A stretch of 64,000 nucleotides of DNA, taken from assembly GCA_963725865.1 (NCBI GenBank), contig CAVSAC010000014.1:512001-576000 (forward strand). Reading direction: 5' to 3'. How positions within the stretch are numbered: the stretch's first letter is position 1; the number at the start of each line of letters is the position of its first letter. A model generated the notes under the pieces. It had not been told where the DNA came from. It made no database searches and saw only the letters and a list, made by a program, of their open reading frames with translations. Shown here in pieces: positions 26,220 through 38,852 of the stretch. The position numbers and the translations under genes are program-made. This stretch comes from Candidatus Eiseniibacteriota bacterium. GTDB taxonomy: Bacteria; Eisenbacteria; RBG-16-71-46.

Positions 26220-26710
26220 GGCGGCGCGACCGGTCTGGAAGCGGGAGCGGCGTGTCAGCGCAGAGGTTCACGACCAGATGCTCCGCAAGTCACATGCCTC
26301 GAATCGGGCGGGCGGGCGGACACCGCGGCGGGCCCGGAGTCGGTCACCGTCCGGGCCCGGAGCGCGCCCGGATGCCGTGCCTACCAGTCCGCCGTGCGGC
26401 TTGCACGAGCCGCGCTATCGCGCGCGCGGACTTCTCGCTGCGCGCGCGCGGCGGCGCCGTGCGGCGGCCGGACGCGGCGGCGGATTGCGAAACAGCATAG
26501 CGGGCGCGACCGCCGGCGCCTACCTCGGGAAGCGGGACGGGCCGGCCGGCGTGCGTGCGGCGCCTGGGTGGGAAGCCCCGGCCGCTGCGCCTTCGCGCGC
26601 GAAATCCCGGTCCCCGCGCGGCTTCCGGACCCTCCCGCGGGGCGGCCGTGGCCCCGCGTGCGCGCGTCGCCCGCGCCGGATGCGGGCGCGATGACCCGCG
26701 GGGGGCTGCG

Positions 26711-26726
26711 TGGCACGGAGACTGCA
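26711..26726 (+). promoter_or_regulatory. Putative sigma54 (-24/-12) promoter
   Basis: TGGCACGGAGACTGCA versus consensus TGGCAC-N5-TTGCW; GG-N10-GC spacing is exact; about 80 nt before ATG 26805. Confidence 0.7.
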
Positions 26727-26804
26727 CTGACTCGTGCACGAGCGCGGCGGGCCGCCTCCGGACCCGCACGCCGACGGAAGGACACCGCACGCACGAGGCG
26801 CCCG

Positions 26805-27566
26805 ATGAATCCGCGTCACTACGTCGACCTCAAGGAATCGAGCCGGGACCTCCAGCCCACCTATTACTTCATGATCAACTGTCTCCTCTACAGCCGCATG
26901 GAGACAGGGCTGGTCTCGAACCAGGAATGCTACGACGAGGACGTGAATGTCTACCTCGCCCACCTGCTCCACTCGTTCATCAACCCCGAGTTCGTGGACC
27001 AGTCGCGGCGCTTCCTCTCCAAGTACGACACCGACGTGTTCCGGCGCCTGTCCACCTCCACCGATGCGCGCCTGAAGTACCAGATCTACAAGACGAACGC
27101 GGACTTCCTCCTGGTATCGATCGGCATCTTCGACAATCCGCACGGTGCGACAGCCAGTCGCCGAGCGCAGCCGAGCGAGGAGGCCTACGTCGGCCGCGGC
27201 AAGACCTACTACCACTTCGCGTACACGTACGCGCAGCAGGTGCACCGCAAGAACGCCGGGGTCGCCGAGGTGCTCGAGAAGCTCTCGGTCGGCTTCGACA
27301 AGTACATCAAGATCCTCTCTCACATGCGTGGCGAGTATCTCGACCTGATGAAGCGGCTGTCCCAGGGCGAGGTCTATCACCTCGAGCGCTCCGTCGACGA
27401 GCAAGCGCAGCAAGAGCTGCTCCGCCTGAAACAGGACGAGCTCCTCGAGTTGTACTCCGCCTGGAAGACGCAGCCGGATCCGCAAACCACGGAGGACCTC
27501 GAGCGAGTCGTGAGTGAGATCAAGCAGCTGAACCCCGCCTTCAAGTTCGAGCTTCCGAAGCGCTGA
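26805..27566 (+). CDS. Conserved hypothetical cytoplasmic helical protein (253 aa)
   Basis: The real start is MNPRHY (ATG 26805) inside track ORF 25326..27566. Strong C/G third-position bias and non-GC-skewed amino-acid composition; VYLAHLL, ADFLL..GIF, Y..RGKTYY motifs. Confidence 0.85.
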   Translation: MNPRHYVDLKESSRDLQPTYYFMINCLLYSRMETGLVSNQECYDEDVNVYLAHLLHSFINPEFVDQSRRFLSKYDTDVFRRLSTSTDARLKYQIYKTNADFLLVSIGIFDNPHGATASRRAQPSEEAYVGRGKTYYHFAYTYAQQVHRKNAGVAEVLEKLSVGFDKYIKILSHMRGEYLDLMKRLSQGEVYHLERSVDEQAQQELLRLKQDELLELYSAWKTQPDPQTTEDLERVVSEIKQLNPAFKFELPKR

Positions 27567-27594
27567 CGAGTTCAGTCGCGGCGCTTGCACACGA

Positions 27595-27624
27595 CGACCC
27601 CGCCGTTGGAGGACGGCGGGGTCG
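27595..27624 (+). terminator. Intrinsic terminator-like hairpin
   Basis: CGACCCCGCCGT-TGGAGG-ACGGCGGGGTCG perfect 12-bp stem between convergent genes. Confidence 0.7.
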
Positions 27625-27657
27625 CTCGTCTTCGATCCGGGCGCGAGACGTGCGCGG

Positions 27658-29619
27658 CTAACCGCGTGGCTCGCGCGCCGCGACTTGCGCGGAGGCGACC
27701 GGCGCCGCGCCGCTCACCCAGCGCTCCGCCCACATCTGCAGGCTCAGCACCGTCCACAGCGTGCGCCCGCGCTCGACGCGGCCGGCGAGATGGTCCGCCA
27801 GCAGCGCTCGCACCGCGACCGGATCGAGCACGCCGACGCGCCGCAGTCGCTCCGGCGCCAGGTGCGCCTCCACCACCGACCGCAGCGGACCGCGCGACCA
27901 GACGGTGAATGGCGGCGAGAAGCCCTGCTTGCGCCGCGTGAGCACCTCGCGCGGCAGCAGGTCGCGCGCCACCTGCTTGAGCACCCACTTGCCGGTCGTG
28001 CCGCGCAGCTTGAGCGCCGCCGGCATGCGCATCGCGTGCTCGATCAGCGCGTGGCGCAGGAACGGCGCGCGCGACTCGAGCCCGTGCGCCATGGTGCTGC
28101 GGTCCACCTTCGTGAGCAGTCCGCTCAGGTAGGTCTCGAAGTCGAACAGCTGGTACGCCACCAGCCGCGGGTCGCGCTCGAGGTCGCCGACCGGCGCCCC
28201 GCGCAGGTCGTGGCTGACGCGGTCGAGGTGCGCGAGCGGGTCGTCTTCGTCGAGGCGCACGCGCAGCGCCGGGGCCAGCAGCGCGCGCGACTCGGCGGCG
28301 GTCGCGGTGCCGAACCAGGCGAGGTGCCGCTCGAACGGCCGCAGCGTCGCCGACGCCAGGAAGCGCTCGGCGAGCCCGGCGATCGAGACGTGCGTGTGGC
28401 GCGGTCGCAGCCGCCGCGCCACCGCGAGCAGCGCGCCGCGCACGAATGGCGACAGGGTGCGCGCGCGGGTGGCGAGCGCGTGGCCGAGGTAAGTCGGATA
28501 GCCGGCGAACAGCTCGTCGCCGCCCTCGCCGGTCAGCACGACCGGCACGTGGCGCGCCGCCAGCCGCGCGACCGCCCACGTCGGCAGCACGCTGGGGTCG
28601 CCGAGCGGCTGGTCCATGCGCGCCGCCCAGCCGTCGAGCACCTCCGCACCGCCCGCCGCGTCGAGGGTCTCCTCGTGGTGGTCGGCGCCGATGTGGCGCG
28701 CGACCGCGCGCGCGTACATCGACTCGTCGTAGCCGCGCCCCTCGAGGCGCAGGCTGAACGTGGGCACGTGGGTGTGGTGGGCACGCGCGGCGAGGGCGGC
28801 GACCAGCGACGAATCGAGGCCGCCCGAGAGGAACAGCCCGAACGGCACCTCGTCCGGGGTGCGCGAGCGCACCGCGGCGTCGAGCGCCTCGCGGGTGGAC
28901 TCGACGGTCGCCTCCGCGCCCTCGGGGCGCGCGTCCGCGAGGCCGTCCCACGGCCGCCAGTAGCGCACCAGCCGCTCGCCGCCGTCGTGCCGCACCAGCA
29001 CGTGCGCGGGCGGCAGCTGGCGCACCGCGTCGAACGCGCAGTCGGCGCCGATGAAGAATCCGTGCACCAGGTAGCGCGCGAGCGATCCCGGCGACGGATC
29101 GCGCGACACCCACGGCAGCGCGAGCAGCGCGCCGGGTTCCGAGGCGAACGCGAACATGCCGTCGTGGGCGGCGACGAACAGCGGCTTCTCCCCCGCGCGG
29201 TCGCGCGCCAGCACCAGCGTGCGCGTGGAGGCGTCCCACACCGCCGCCGCGAACATGCCGTCGAGGTGGAGCGGGAAGTCGGCGCCCTGCTCCTCGTACA
29301 GGTGGGTGACCACCGCGGTGTCGATCCCGGTCTCGACCACGTGCCCGCGCGCGCGCAGCCCGTCGCGCAGCTCGGCGTGGTTGTAGACCTCGCCGTTCAC
29401 CAGCGCGTGGCGGGTGTCGCTCTCGTCGTGGAACAGGTGCGCGGGCTCGTGCGGCGCCACGATCGCCAGCCGCGCGATGCCGAGCGCCACCTGGTCGTCG
29501 CCCCACAGGGCGCGACCGCTGGGGCCCCGGTGCGCGAGCCGATCCACCATCGCGCCGACCCGCACGTGGCGTTCTTCACTCGAGAGGCGTGGGGCCCACA
29601 GGCCCGCGATGCCGCACAT
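27658..29619 (-). CDS. asnB: Asparagine synthase (glutamine-hydrolysing) family amidotransferase
   Basis: N-terminal MCGIAG, HRGP, RLAIV, NGEVYN, RDRAGEKPL, LSGGLDSS, LTGEGGDELFAGY, KVDRSTMAHGLESRAPFL, RRKQGF. Confidence 0.93.
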   Translation of the reverse strand: MCGIAGLWAPRLSSEERHVRVGAMVDRLAHRGPSGRALWGDDQVALGIARLAIVAPHEPAHLFHDESDTRHALVNGEVYNHAELRDGLRARGHVVETGIDTAVVTHLYEEQGADFPLHLDGMFAAAVWDASTRTLVLARDRAGEKPLFVAAHDGMFAFASEPGALLALPWVSRDPSPGSLARYLVHGFFIGADCAFDAVRQLPPAHVLVRHDGGERLVRYWRPWDGLADARPEGAEATVESTREALDAAVRSRTPDEVPFGLFLSGGLDSSLVAALAARAHHTHVPTFSLRLEGRGYDESMYARAVARHIGADHHEETLDAAGGAEVLDGWAARMDQPLGDPSVLPTWAVARLAARHVPVVLTGEGGDELFAGYPTYLGHALATRARTLSPFVRGALLAVARRLRPRHTHVSIAGLAERFLASATLRPFERHLAWFGTATAAESRALLAPALRVRLDEDDPLAHLDRVSHDLRGAPVGDLERDPRLVAYQLFDFETYLSGLLTKVDRSTMAHGLESRAPFLRHALIEHAMRMPAALKLRGTTGKWVLKQVARDLLPREVLTRRKQGFSPPFTVWSRGPLRSVVEAHLAPERLRRVGVLDPVAVRALLADHLAGRVERGRTLWTVLSLQMWAERWVSGAAPVASAQVAAREPRG

Positions 29620-29652
29620 GATCGATTAGGTCTCGGTCCGCGCGGGGCGCGG

Positions 29653-31069
29653 TCAGGGTCGGACGGCGGCGCGGTACGCGACGAAGCGCGCATCGCGATG
29701 GAATTCGACGAAGCCCGCCGGTGGGGCGCCGGTGTCCTTCGTCGCGCGCACCACCACCTCGGCGGCCGCGCCGGGTGCCGCGTCGAGCGCGGTCCACAGG
29801 CCGCGCCGGCGCAGCAGCGTTGCGTATCGTACCTGATAGTTGCTCGTGGTCTCCTGTCCCCGCTCGCTCACCAGGGTCGAGATGCGGCCCAGCAGGTAGT
29901 CGGTGCCGGCGCTGTAGCAGCGCTCGTAGCGCACGCTTCGGGCCCCGGTCGTGCGGATCGCGGCGGCCAGCGGGGCGCCCGAGGAGGCGCGGGCGAGATC
30001 GCGCAGCCGCGAGTGGCCGAAGCCGAGCAGCAGGGGCACGAACGCCAGGGTCGCAGCGAACACGAGCGCCCGCCGCCGCCCCGGCGCCGCGTGCGACCAG
30101 CACAGCGCGGCGAGCCACGCGAGCGGCGGCAGCGCGGGCAGCAGGTAGGTGACGAGCTTCGAGCGCGACAGCGTGAAGAACACGAGCGCGAACAGCACGA
30201 ACCCGAGCGCGACCGCGATCCCGGGCCGGGCTCCCGCCGGCGCCTCGCGCAGGCGGCGCTCGCTCCACGGCGTGGCGAGCGACCACGGCAGCGTGCCGCC
30301 CACCAGCACCGCGGGCACGAACCACCACGGCTGCTGGCGGCGGAACGAGCCGCTGGTCATGCGCTCGAGCGACTCCTCGAGGAACGCGTAGCGCGGGTAC
30401 TCGGGGTGCCGCGCGCACGCGAGCGCGAACCAGGCGCCCGCTACGCCGAGCGCGAGCAGCCAGCCGGGCCACCACGCGAGCCACGCGAGCGGGCGCCGCG
30501 AGCGCATCAGGAGCGCGGTCGCCGCACTGCCCACCCACCACCCACGCCAGCATCACCGGACCCTTGAGCAGCAGCCCGAGACCGACGCACGCGAACATCC
30601 ACGCGCGCCGCCGCGACGACGGACCGTCGCGCAGCTCGTCGGCGAGCGCGGTCCACACCACGGTGACGCACAGCGCCAGCGGCACGTCGAAGATGACGTA
30701 CGCGCTCATGGTGGCGAACAGCGGCGCGGCCGCGAGCAGCGCGGCGGCGCGCCACGCGACGCGGGCGTCCGCCGCGCGGCGCGCGTAGCCCCCCAGCACC
30801 AGCAGCGTGGCGAGCCCGGCGAGGATCGCGGGCAGCCGGGCCGCGAGGGGCACCGGGCCGAGCACCCGGATGCACACCGCCGCGGCCCAGAACAACGCCG
30901 GCGGCTTGTCGAGGTAGGGCATCCCGGCGAGGTGCGGGATCACCAGGTCGCCGCCCGCGGCCATCTCGCGCGCGACCTCCGCGTTGCGGCCCTCGTCCGG
31001 ATCCACCAGCGGGATCGTGGTCGCGAGCCACAGCGAGAGCGCGAGTGCCGCGAGCGCCACCGCCAGCAC
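29653..31069 (-). pseudogene. ArnT/PMT (GT-C, GT39/GT83-like) membrane glycosyltransferase, frameshifted at about 30531 as sequenced
   Basis: The N-terminal half (DPDEGRNAEVAREM, YLDKPP, LLKGP) is in one frame. The C-terminal half (QPWWF, LPW, FFTLSRSKLVTYLLPALP) is in ORF 29653..30534. Removing one G joins them. Confidence 0.85.
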
Positions 31070-31148
31070 GCCGCGGGGGACGCCGCGCGCGGCGGCACGC
31101 GCCTGCGCCGCGGGTTCGCCGGGCGGGCTCGCACCGCCCGCCGTCGCG

Positions 31149-32642
<1,494 letters not shown>

Positions 32643-32700
32643 GCCGTTCCATCCTCTCCCAAACGAAGAAGCCGCAGCGTCTCGCGCTGCGGCTCCCGGT

Positions 32701-33501
32701 TCAGTGTCCCGGCGGCGGCGCCGTGCCGGGGAGCGTCGTCGTCTTCTTGGGCTTGTTCGTGAGGCTGAAGTGGTAGTTGGCGCCGAAGCGCAGCTCGACC
32801 ATCCCGAGCGCGCTGTTGTACCCCGAGGGGAAGTCGACGTCGTCCTTCGCCAGCGCGTAGTGGGAGGTCGCCGAGCCCTCGACGCTCACCGCGGGCAGCG
32901 ACTTCAGGTAGCGCTCGGCACCCACCTCGCCCGAGATGCCCGGGTAGAGGCCGCGGTGCAGCTTCAGGCTGCTCGGGTCCTTGACCACCTTGCGGTGGTT
33001 CTCGAGCCACACGCGATACACGCCGGAGCCGACCCCCGCGTGGAAGAGCCACGCGCCATGCGCCGAGAGCAGCTGGAGCTGCACGGTCGACGGCAGCAGC
33101 AGCGCGAGGTGATGGTCCTTGGTGCGCTCGGTGGGGTACGCGGGATCGCGGAACGGGACCGGTTCGGTGTTCGTGTACGCCGCCCACGCGAACCCCGGGC
33201 TGACCTGCCAGCGCAGCCACGGACGCATGGTGTAGCGGAACGCGGCGCTGAACGACATGCGCGGCTGGGCGCCGTGCGCGTAGTCATCCGCGGCGTAGAG
33301 GTACGACCCCCCGAGCATGCCGCCGATCGAGCCCGTCCCGGGCGTGGCGCCCATGGGTCGGGCCACCGGCGGGCGCGCGGCCGGCAATTTGACCGAATCG
33401 GGAGCCGCTGGCGGTGGAGTCGCATCCTGCGCCAGACACGCCGACGCGACCGTGAGCAACGCTGCGGCCGCGATGCTCACCCAGACGTAACGCGAGTTCA
33501 T
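32701..33501 (-). CDS. Putative small outer-membrane beta-barrel protein
   Basis: Start MNSRYV (ATG 33501) after GGGGAG; signal peptide; alternating amphipathic strands; [10 protein letters not shown] terminal strand. Confidence 0.65.
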   Translation of the reverse strand: MNSRYVWVSIAAAALLTVASACLAQDATPPPAAPDSVKLPAARPPVARPMGATPGTGSIGGMLGGSYLYAADDYAHGAQPRMSFSAAFRYTMRPWLRWQVSPGFAWAAYTNTEPVPFRDPAYPTERTKDHHLALLLPSTVQLQLLSAHGAWLFHAGVGSGVYRVWLENHRKVVKDPSSLKLHRGLYPGISGEVGAERYLKSLPAVSVEGSATSHYALAKDDVDFPSGYNSALGMVELRFGANYHFSLTNKPKKTTTLPGTAPPPGH

Positions 33502-33565
33502 GCGGTGGAGACTCCCCTTCCGGTAGGGAAGGCAAGAGGGTAGGCCCGGTACGGACGAGGCGCGG

Positions 33566-33594
33566 AGTATAGGAATGGCCTTTCGACCGGTCAA
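33566..33594 (-). promoter_or_regulatory. Sigma70 promoter of the beta-barrel/guaB/GT/asnB unit
   Basis: TTGACC-N17-TATACT on the minus strand. Confidence 0.7.
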
Positions 33595-33925
33595 GGCACG
33601 CGGGCCGCGGCCCGCGCGAGCCCGTGCGCGCGTGGGCCGCGCACGCTCCGGCGGCATCGCGCGACGCTCTCCACGGTGGCGTCACGGTGTCGCCGCGGGT
33701 GTCGCGACGCGGGCCGGACGCGCGCCGCCGCCGCCGCTCGGCGGCACGCCGCACGCGCATCACGGAGTGGAACACCGCTTGCGGTGGGTGCTCAGTCCCC
33801 GGCCGGGATCCCGCATCCCCGCTCGCCAGCACCGCCCGCACCCCGGCCTTCCTCTCGACGCAGGCAGTCCTTCCGGGGCCGGCCGCCAACCGGCCCCTGT
33901 CCCGGCCCGCGCAACGCTGGCACGC

Positions 33926-36900
33926 TCAGCGCGCCAGCACCACGCGTCGCTCCGCGCGGAAACGCGCGGAGGGCGCCTCGACTCGCACGAAGTAGATGCC
34001 GGCCGCCGCGTGACCGCCGTGCATGCGGCCGTCCCACGCCAGGCTCACGCGCCCCACGACCGTCGCGAGCGGCCCGGCCGCCAGCGTGGCGACGCGGCGG
34101 CCGGTGATGTCGTAGATCGTGACATCCAGATCCGCCGGCGCGCGACCGGCCGCGTCGGTGGGCGCGACGAATGCGAGCCGCACCGGCTCGCCGCCATGCG
34201 CGGGTACCGGCCACACCACCAGCCCGCCGATCGCCACCTCGATCGCGACCTGGCCGACCGCGGTCTCCTCGCCGAGTCCGCTCAGCGCGCGCAACGCGTA
34301 GGTGCTGCCGGGCACGCCGGTGGCATCGAGGTAGGTCGTCGCCGCGATCGGATCGGGTCCCACGCGTTCGCCGTCGCCGCTCGCGCCCGGCGGGCGGCGG
34401 TACACGCGGTAGCCCGCGATCCCGGCCGGACCGAACGGCGGATCGGTGGCCCAGGCGAGCGCCACGCCGTCGGGCGTCGGGCGGGCGGTGAAACTCACGA
34501 GCGCGACCGCGCGATCGATCGCGAAGGACTCCGACCGCACGGCGCCGGCGAGGCCCGCACGACTCGGCGCGACGCGCACCCGTGCCACGCCTGCCGCGGA
34601 GGGCACGCGGATCGTCGCCTCGGTGGTGTCCGCGCCCCCCACGGCATGCGCGACCTCGGTCCAGCTCACGCCCTCGTCGGTCGACAGCGCGACGTCGGCG
34701 GGCTCGGCGCCGCGCCAGCTCACACGCTGCAGCGAGCCGGCGGGCCAGCGCGCGCCTGCGCGCGGACTCAGCACGCGATAGCGCGCCCAGTCCACCACCC
34801 GCACCATGCCGTCCTCGGGCCCCCCCGTGCTCGCGTGCGGCGCGCCCAGCAGCGCGTCGGCGAGACCGTCCGAGTCGGGCGCGGTCGCGAGCGCGGCGCC
34901 GAGGTGCGCGGCCGGTGCGGTGCCGATCCAGGCGGTGATCACCCGCGCGTCGGGGGCGAGCCCGCCGCGATAGAGTCGCACCGCGCCCTCGCCGGTGGGG
35001 CCCTCGAGCGGGGAGCCCACCAGCAGGTCGTCGAAGCCGTCCCCATCGAGGTCGCCGCCCGCGAGCGACGTTCCGCACCACGCGCCGGGCTCCGTGCCGA
35101 GGATGCTCACATCCGCGTGCGGATCGAAGGTCGCGGCTCCCAGGTAGACCGCGACGCGCCCGGCGTCCACCGCCCCCGCCGCGTCGTACAGCGGCGCCCC
35201 CACCGCCAGGTCGGCGCGGCCGTCGCCGTCCAGGTCGCCCGGGAACGCGACCGTGCTTCCGAACGCGGCACCCGGCTGGTCGCCATCGATGCGCAGCGTG
35301 GGTCGCGTCGCGATGCTCGCGCCGCCGCGAAAGACCTGCACCTCCCCGGAGCCGGCGCCCCCGACCGCCGCGCCCGGCGCGCCCACCACGAGGTCGGCCC
35401 GGCCATCGCCGTCGAGATCGCCGATCGCCACGGCCGCGCCGAAGCGGCTGCCCGACTGCGAGCCGGTGAGCACCGCGTACGGCGCGCTCGGCACCGACCC
35501 GCGGAAGACGTACACGCGGCCGCGACTGGCGAAGATGGTGTCGTCGGGTGCGCCCACCGCGATTTCGGCGCGGCCGTCGCCATCGAGGTCGCCGCAGGCG
35601 ACCGCGGCCCCGAACGAGCCTCCGGCGGCCGGCCACGCCAGCACGGTGGTCGGGGTCGAATCGGGCGGGGTGCCGCCGCGCCAGATCCGCACCGCGCCAG
35701 GCGCGCCATCGTCGCGCGGATCGCCGACCACGAGATCGTCGAAGTGGTCGCCATCCACGTCCGCGCCGGTCGCCAGCGCGGCGCCGAGCCGCGGGCCGGC
35801 GCCGGGCGCGAGGAGCGCGTGCCGGACGCGACCGTCGATAGCGACCCGCAGGAGCCGCGGAGGTGTGGCCGCCGGCTCGGCGACCACCAACAGTTCGGGC
35901 ACGCCATCGTGATCCCAGCCGCCGATCGCGCCCAATCGGGTGCCGAAGCGCTCGCCGGGCGCCGCGCCGCGCAGGGGATCGCGCTCGTCCGCGACCGCGG
36001 CCGCGGGCGGGACCGGCCGCGCGACGCGGATCGGCGCGCGGGTCGAGGTCTGGCTCCACGACTGCGGGAAGAGCCCGGAGCGGCTCAGGCGCACCCGCGC
36101 GTCGAGGGTGGGCGCGTCGGGCACCGTGAGCGTGATCGCGTTCTGCGGGGCACCGCCGACGCCGGTGGCGAGCGGTTCCCAGCTCGCGCCGCCGTCGAGC
36201 GAGAGCGAGACGTCGACGAGCGGAGTTCCGCTCCAGCGGATCGCGCGCTGCTCGCCGACCAGCCACGTCTCGGGCGGTGTCGGCGCGAGCAGATGCGGGC
36301 GCTCGATCGTGTGGACACGCGCCTCGCCGCTGTTGAACGCGACCGAGTCGCGCCCGGGGATGCCGACTGCGAACTCCGAGAAGCCGTCGCCGTCGCGATC
36401 GCCGGCGGACGCCACGCTGACGCCGAGGTTGTCGTTGGCGCCGCGGCCCTCGAGGACGAGCAGCGGCGTGGCGGCCGGCTGTGCGCCGCCCGAATAGAGG
36501 TACGCGCGCCCCACCAACGACTGCGTGCTGGAGGTGCGGTAGGCGCCGACGATCAGATCGTCGACGCCATCGCCGTCGACATCGCCGGCATCCGCGACCG
36601 CGCTGCCGAACAGTCCCGCGGAGACCGGCCCGCTCAGGAGCGTGAACGGCTGCGGGCTCACGACGGCGCCCCCGCGGTAGAGGTACACGCGTCCCGGTCC
36701 GGCGGCGCCGCCCGGCTCGAGCGGCGCGCCGATCGCGAAGTCGTCGTAGCCGTCGCCGTCCTGGTCGCCGAGGCCCGTGACGGCGGTGCCGAAATAGGTC
36801 GGCGGCGTCGTGGGCGAGGGAATGAAGAGGCTGGACGGTCGGGTGCCCGGACCTCCGAAGTACAGGACCACGCACGCGACCGGTGCGGGCGCACCGACGA

Positions 36901-38852
36901 GCAGGTCGTCGTAGCCGTCGCCGTTCACGTCGCCGACCCGCGCCAGCGCGGTACCGAACGACGCGAGCGTGCTCGTGAGCTCGATATCGGGGCGCCCATC
37001 GGGACGGATGCCGCCGAAGTAGATGTTGACGCGCTGGGCCGTCAGGGTGGGGCTGCTGGTGCCGACGGCGATGTCGTCGAAGCCGTCGCCATTGAAGTCC
37101 CCGATGCCGGCCACCGAGGATCCGAAGTTCGCCGTCAGCTCGTTGCTCGGCCGGGCGGCGTAGGACAGCGTGAGGTCCTCGAGCGAATCCGCGTCGGGCC
37201 AGCCGAAGTAGACCGCCGCGCGCCCCACCGGCCCGAAGTTCCCGTAGACGGAGTGCGGGGCACCCACCACGATGTCGGGCGAGCCGTCGCCGTTGAAGTC
37301 GCCGCCGCCGGCCACCGACTGGCCGAACCCCTCCGACGGGAGGTTGTCGAGCACGCGCCGCGGACCGCCGGAGCCGGGCAGCACGTACGCGCGCCCGCGC
37401 GTCAGCCCGCTGAGGTAGTTGTTCGTGGTGGTGACGACAAGGTCCGGGCGCCCGTCCCCGTCGAAGTCCCCGGCTGGGGCCAGCGCGGTGCCGGCCAACT
37501 GACCCTTGGGATTCGCCGTCGAGCACCGCCACGCCGAGCAGGACCGGCGACAGCGCGGCTCCGTCGCCGGCGAGCGTGAATGCGGAGTCGCTGGTGTCGG
37601 CGGCCAGGCCGACGGCGGGCCGGTCGGCGCGGCTCACGCGCATCCGTGCCAGCGGCGAGGCCAGGCTCGGCATCCGCAGCTCGACCTGATTGGAATCCTC
37701 GCCGCCCTGCGCGCCCGCGAGCGGCGTCCAGTGAACTCCATCGTCGAGGCTGATCGCCACGTCGGCGGGCGCGCGACCGAGCCAGCGGACGGCGTGCACG
37801 CTGTCCGCGTGCCACGACTCGCCGCCATTGGGGACCTGCAACCGGTGATGGCGGACCGGGAACGAGCCCGACATCGCCGCGACCGTCGTGTCCGCCGCGG
37901 GACGACCGCTCACCCTCAGCCGCAGCACCGCCGTCGCGCCGCTGCTGTCGGGCAGCGTCACGGTGACCGTGTCGCGCGCGCGCCCGCCGAGCCCGCCGGC
38001 GAGGATCGTCCAGTGCGCTCCGCCGTCGAACGACAGCTCCAGGTCCGCGGGCGCCGCGCCGCGCCAGCGCGCCGTCAGCGGACCGAGCGCGAGCCGGTCG
38101 GTCACCAGCGCACGCGTGGTATCGAAGTCGAAGTAATCGATCGCGGCGGTGGTCGGCGTCTGCGCCTGGTCGACGGCGCGCCCCAGTCCCCACGTCGGGT
38201 GGATGCGCACGCGTGCCGAGTCCGCACGGGCCACGGGGAGCGGCAGGCGAACGCGGTTGGAATCCGCTCCTCCCACGCCGTCGCCGAGCACGAACCAGCT
38301 CTGGCCGCCGTCGGCCGTCATCTCGACGGTCGCGGGGGTCCCGCCGGTCCACTGCAGCTCGAGACTGTCGCCTGCGAACGCGCGCGGGCGCGGCGCGGAT
38401 TGCGGGAACTGGATCGCGTAGCGATGGACGATGACCCGGCGATCGTAGATCACCGAATTCTGCGGCGTCGGCGGCACGCCGCTGGGACTCAGCCGCACCA
38501 GCAGCGAATCGGTGGCGAACGCGGGGACGGGGAACGTTCGCTCCATGAAGGCATCGGCCGGCACGTCCGAGAGCAGCGTGATCCACGTCGCCCCGGTGTC
38601 GGCCGACACCGCGAGGTCGGTGGCGAAGGAGCTGCCCCAGGTCACCGCCGCCCGCGCGCCCGAAGTCCAGTCCCCCGGGACGATGCGGAACAGCAGGAAG
38701 TCGGCGCGAGCCCCAGCGGCCGCCGCCCCGCCTGCGCCGCCCCCGTTCCATGCGGCCGGCGCCGGCCGCCCCGTTGCACGCGCGGCGCCCGTGGCGAGCG
38801 CCATCGCGAGCGCGAGTACCCCGAAGAGACGTGCGCGGAAGACGGGCCTCAT
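33926..38852 (-). pseudogene. Large exported FG-GAP/integrin-alpha repeat protein with Ig-like repeats and FlgD-Ig/T9SS-like C-terminal domain, frameshifted at about 37504 as sequenced
   Basis: Start MRPVFRARL (ATG 38852) with signal peptide. Repeated S.DGG..W..L Ig-like units, about 12 GD.DGDG..DL.VGAP repeats, C-terminal IYDITGRRV...WDGR...AGIYFVR. The two frames join by removing one G. Confidence 0.85.

Noticed and set aside
26220..26700. Known riboswitch or ncRNA in the long intergenic region
   Set aside because: Many GC hairpins are possible, but I could not recognise any known family consensus. An Rfam scan is needed.
27658..29619. Lasso-peptide cyclase or RiPP cluster
   Set aside because: The catalytic N-terminal Cys GATase domain is intact, and no precursor, B protein or RRE is nearby.
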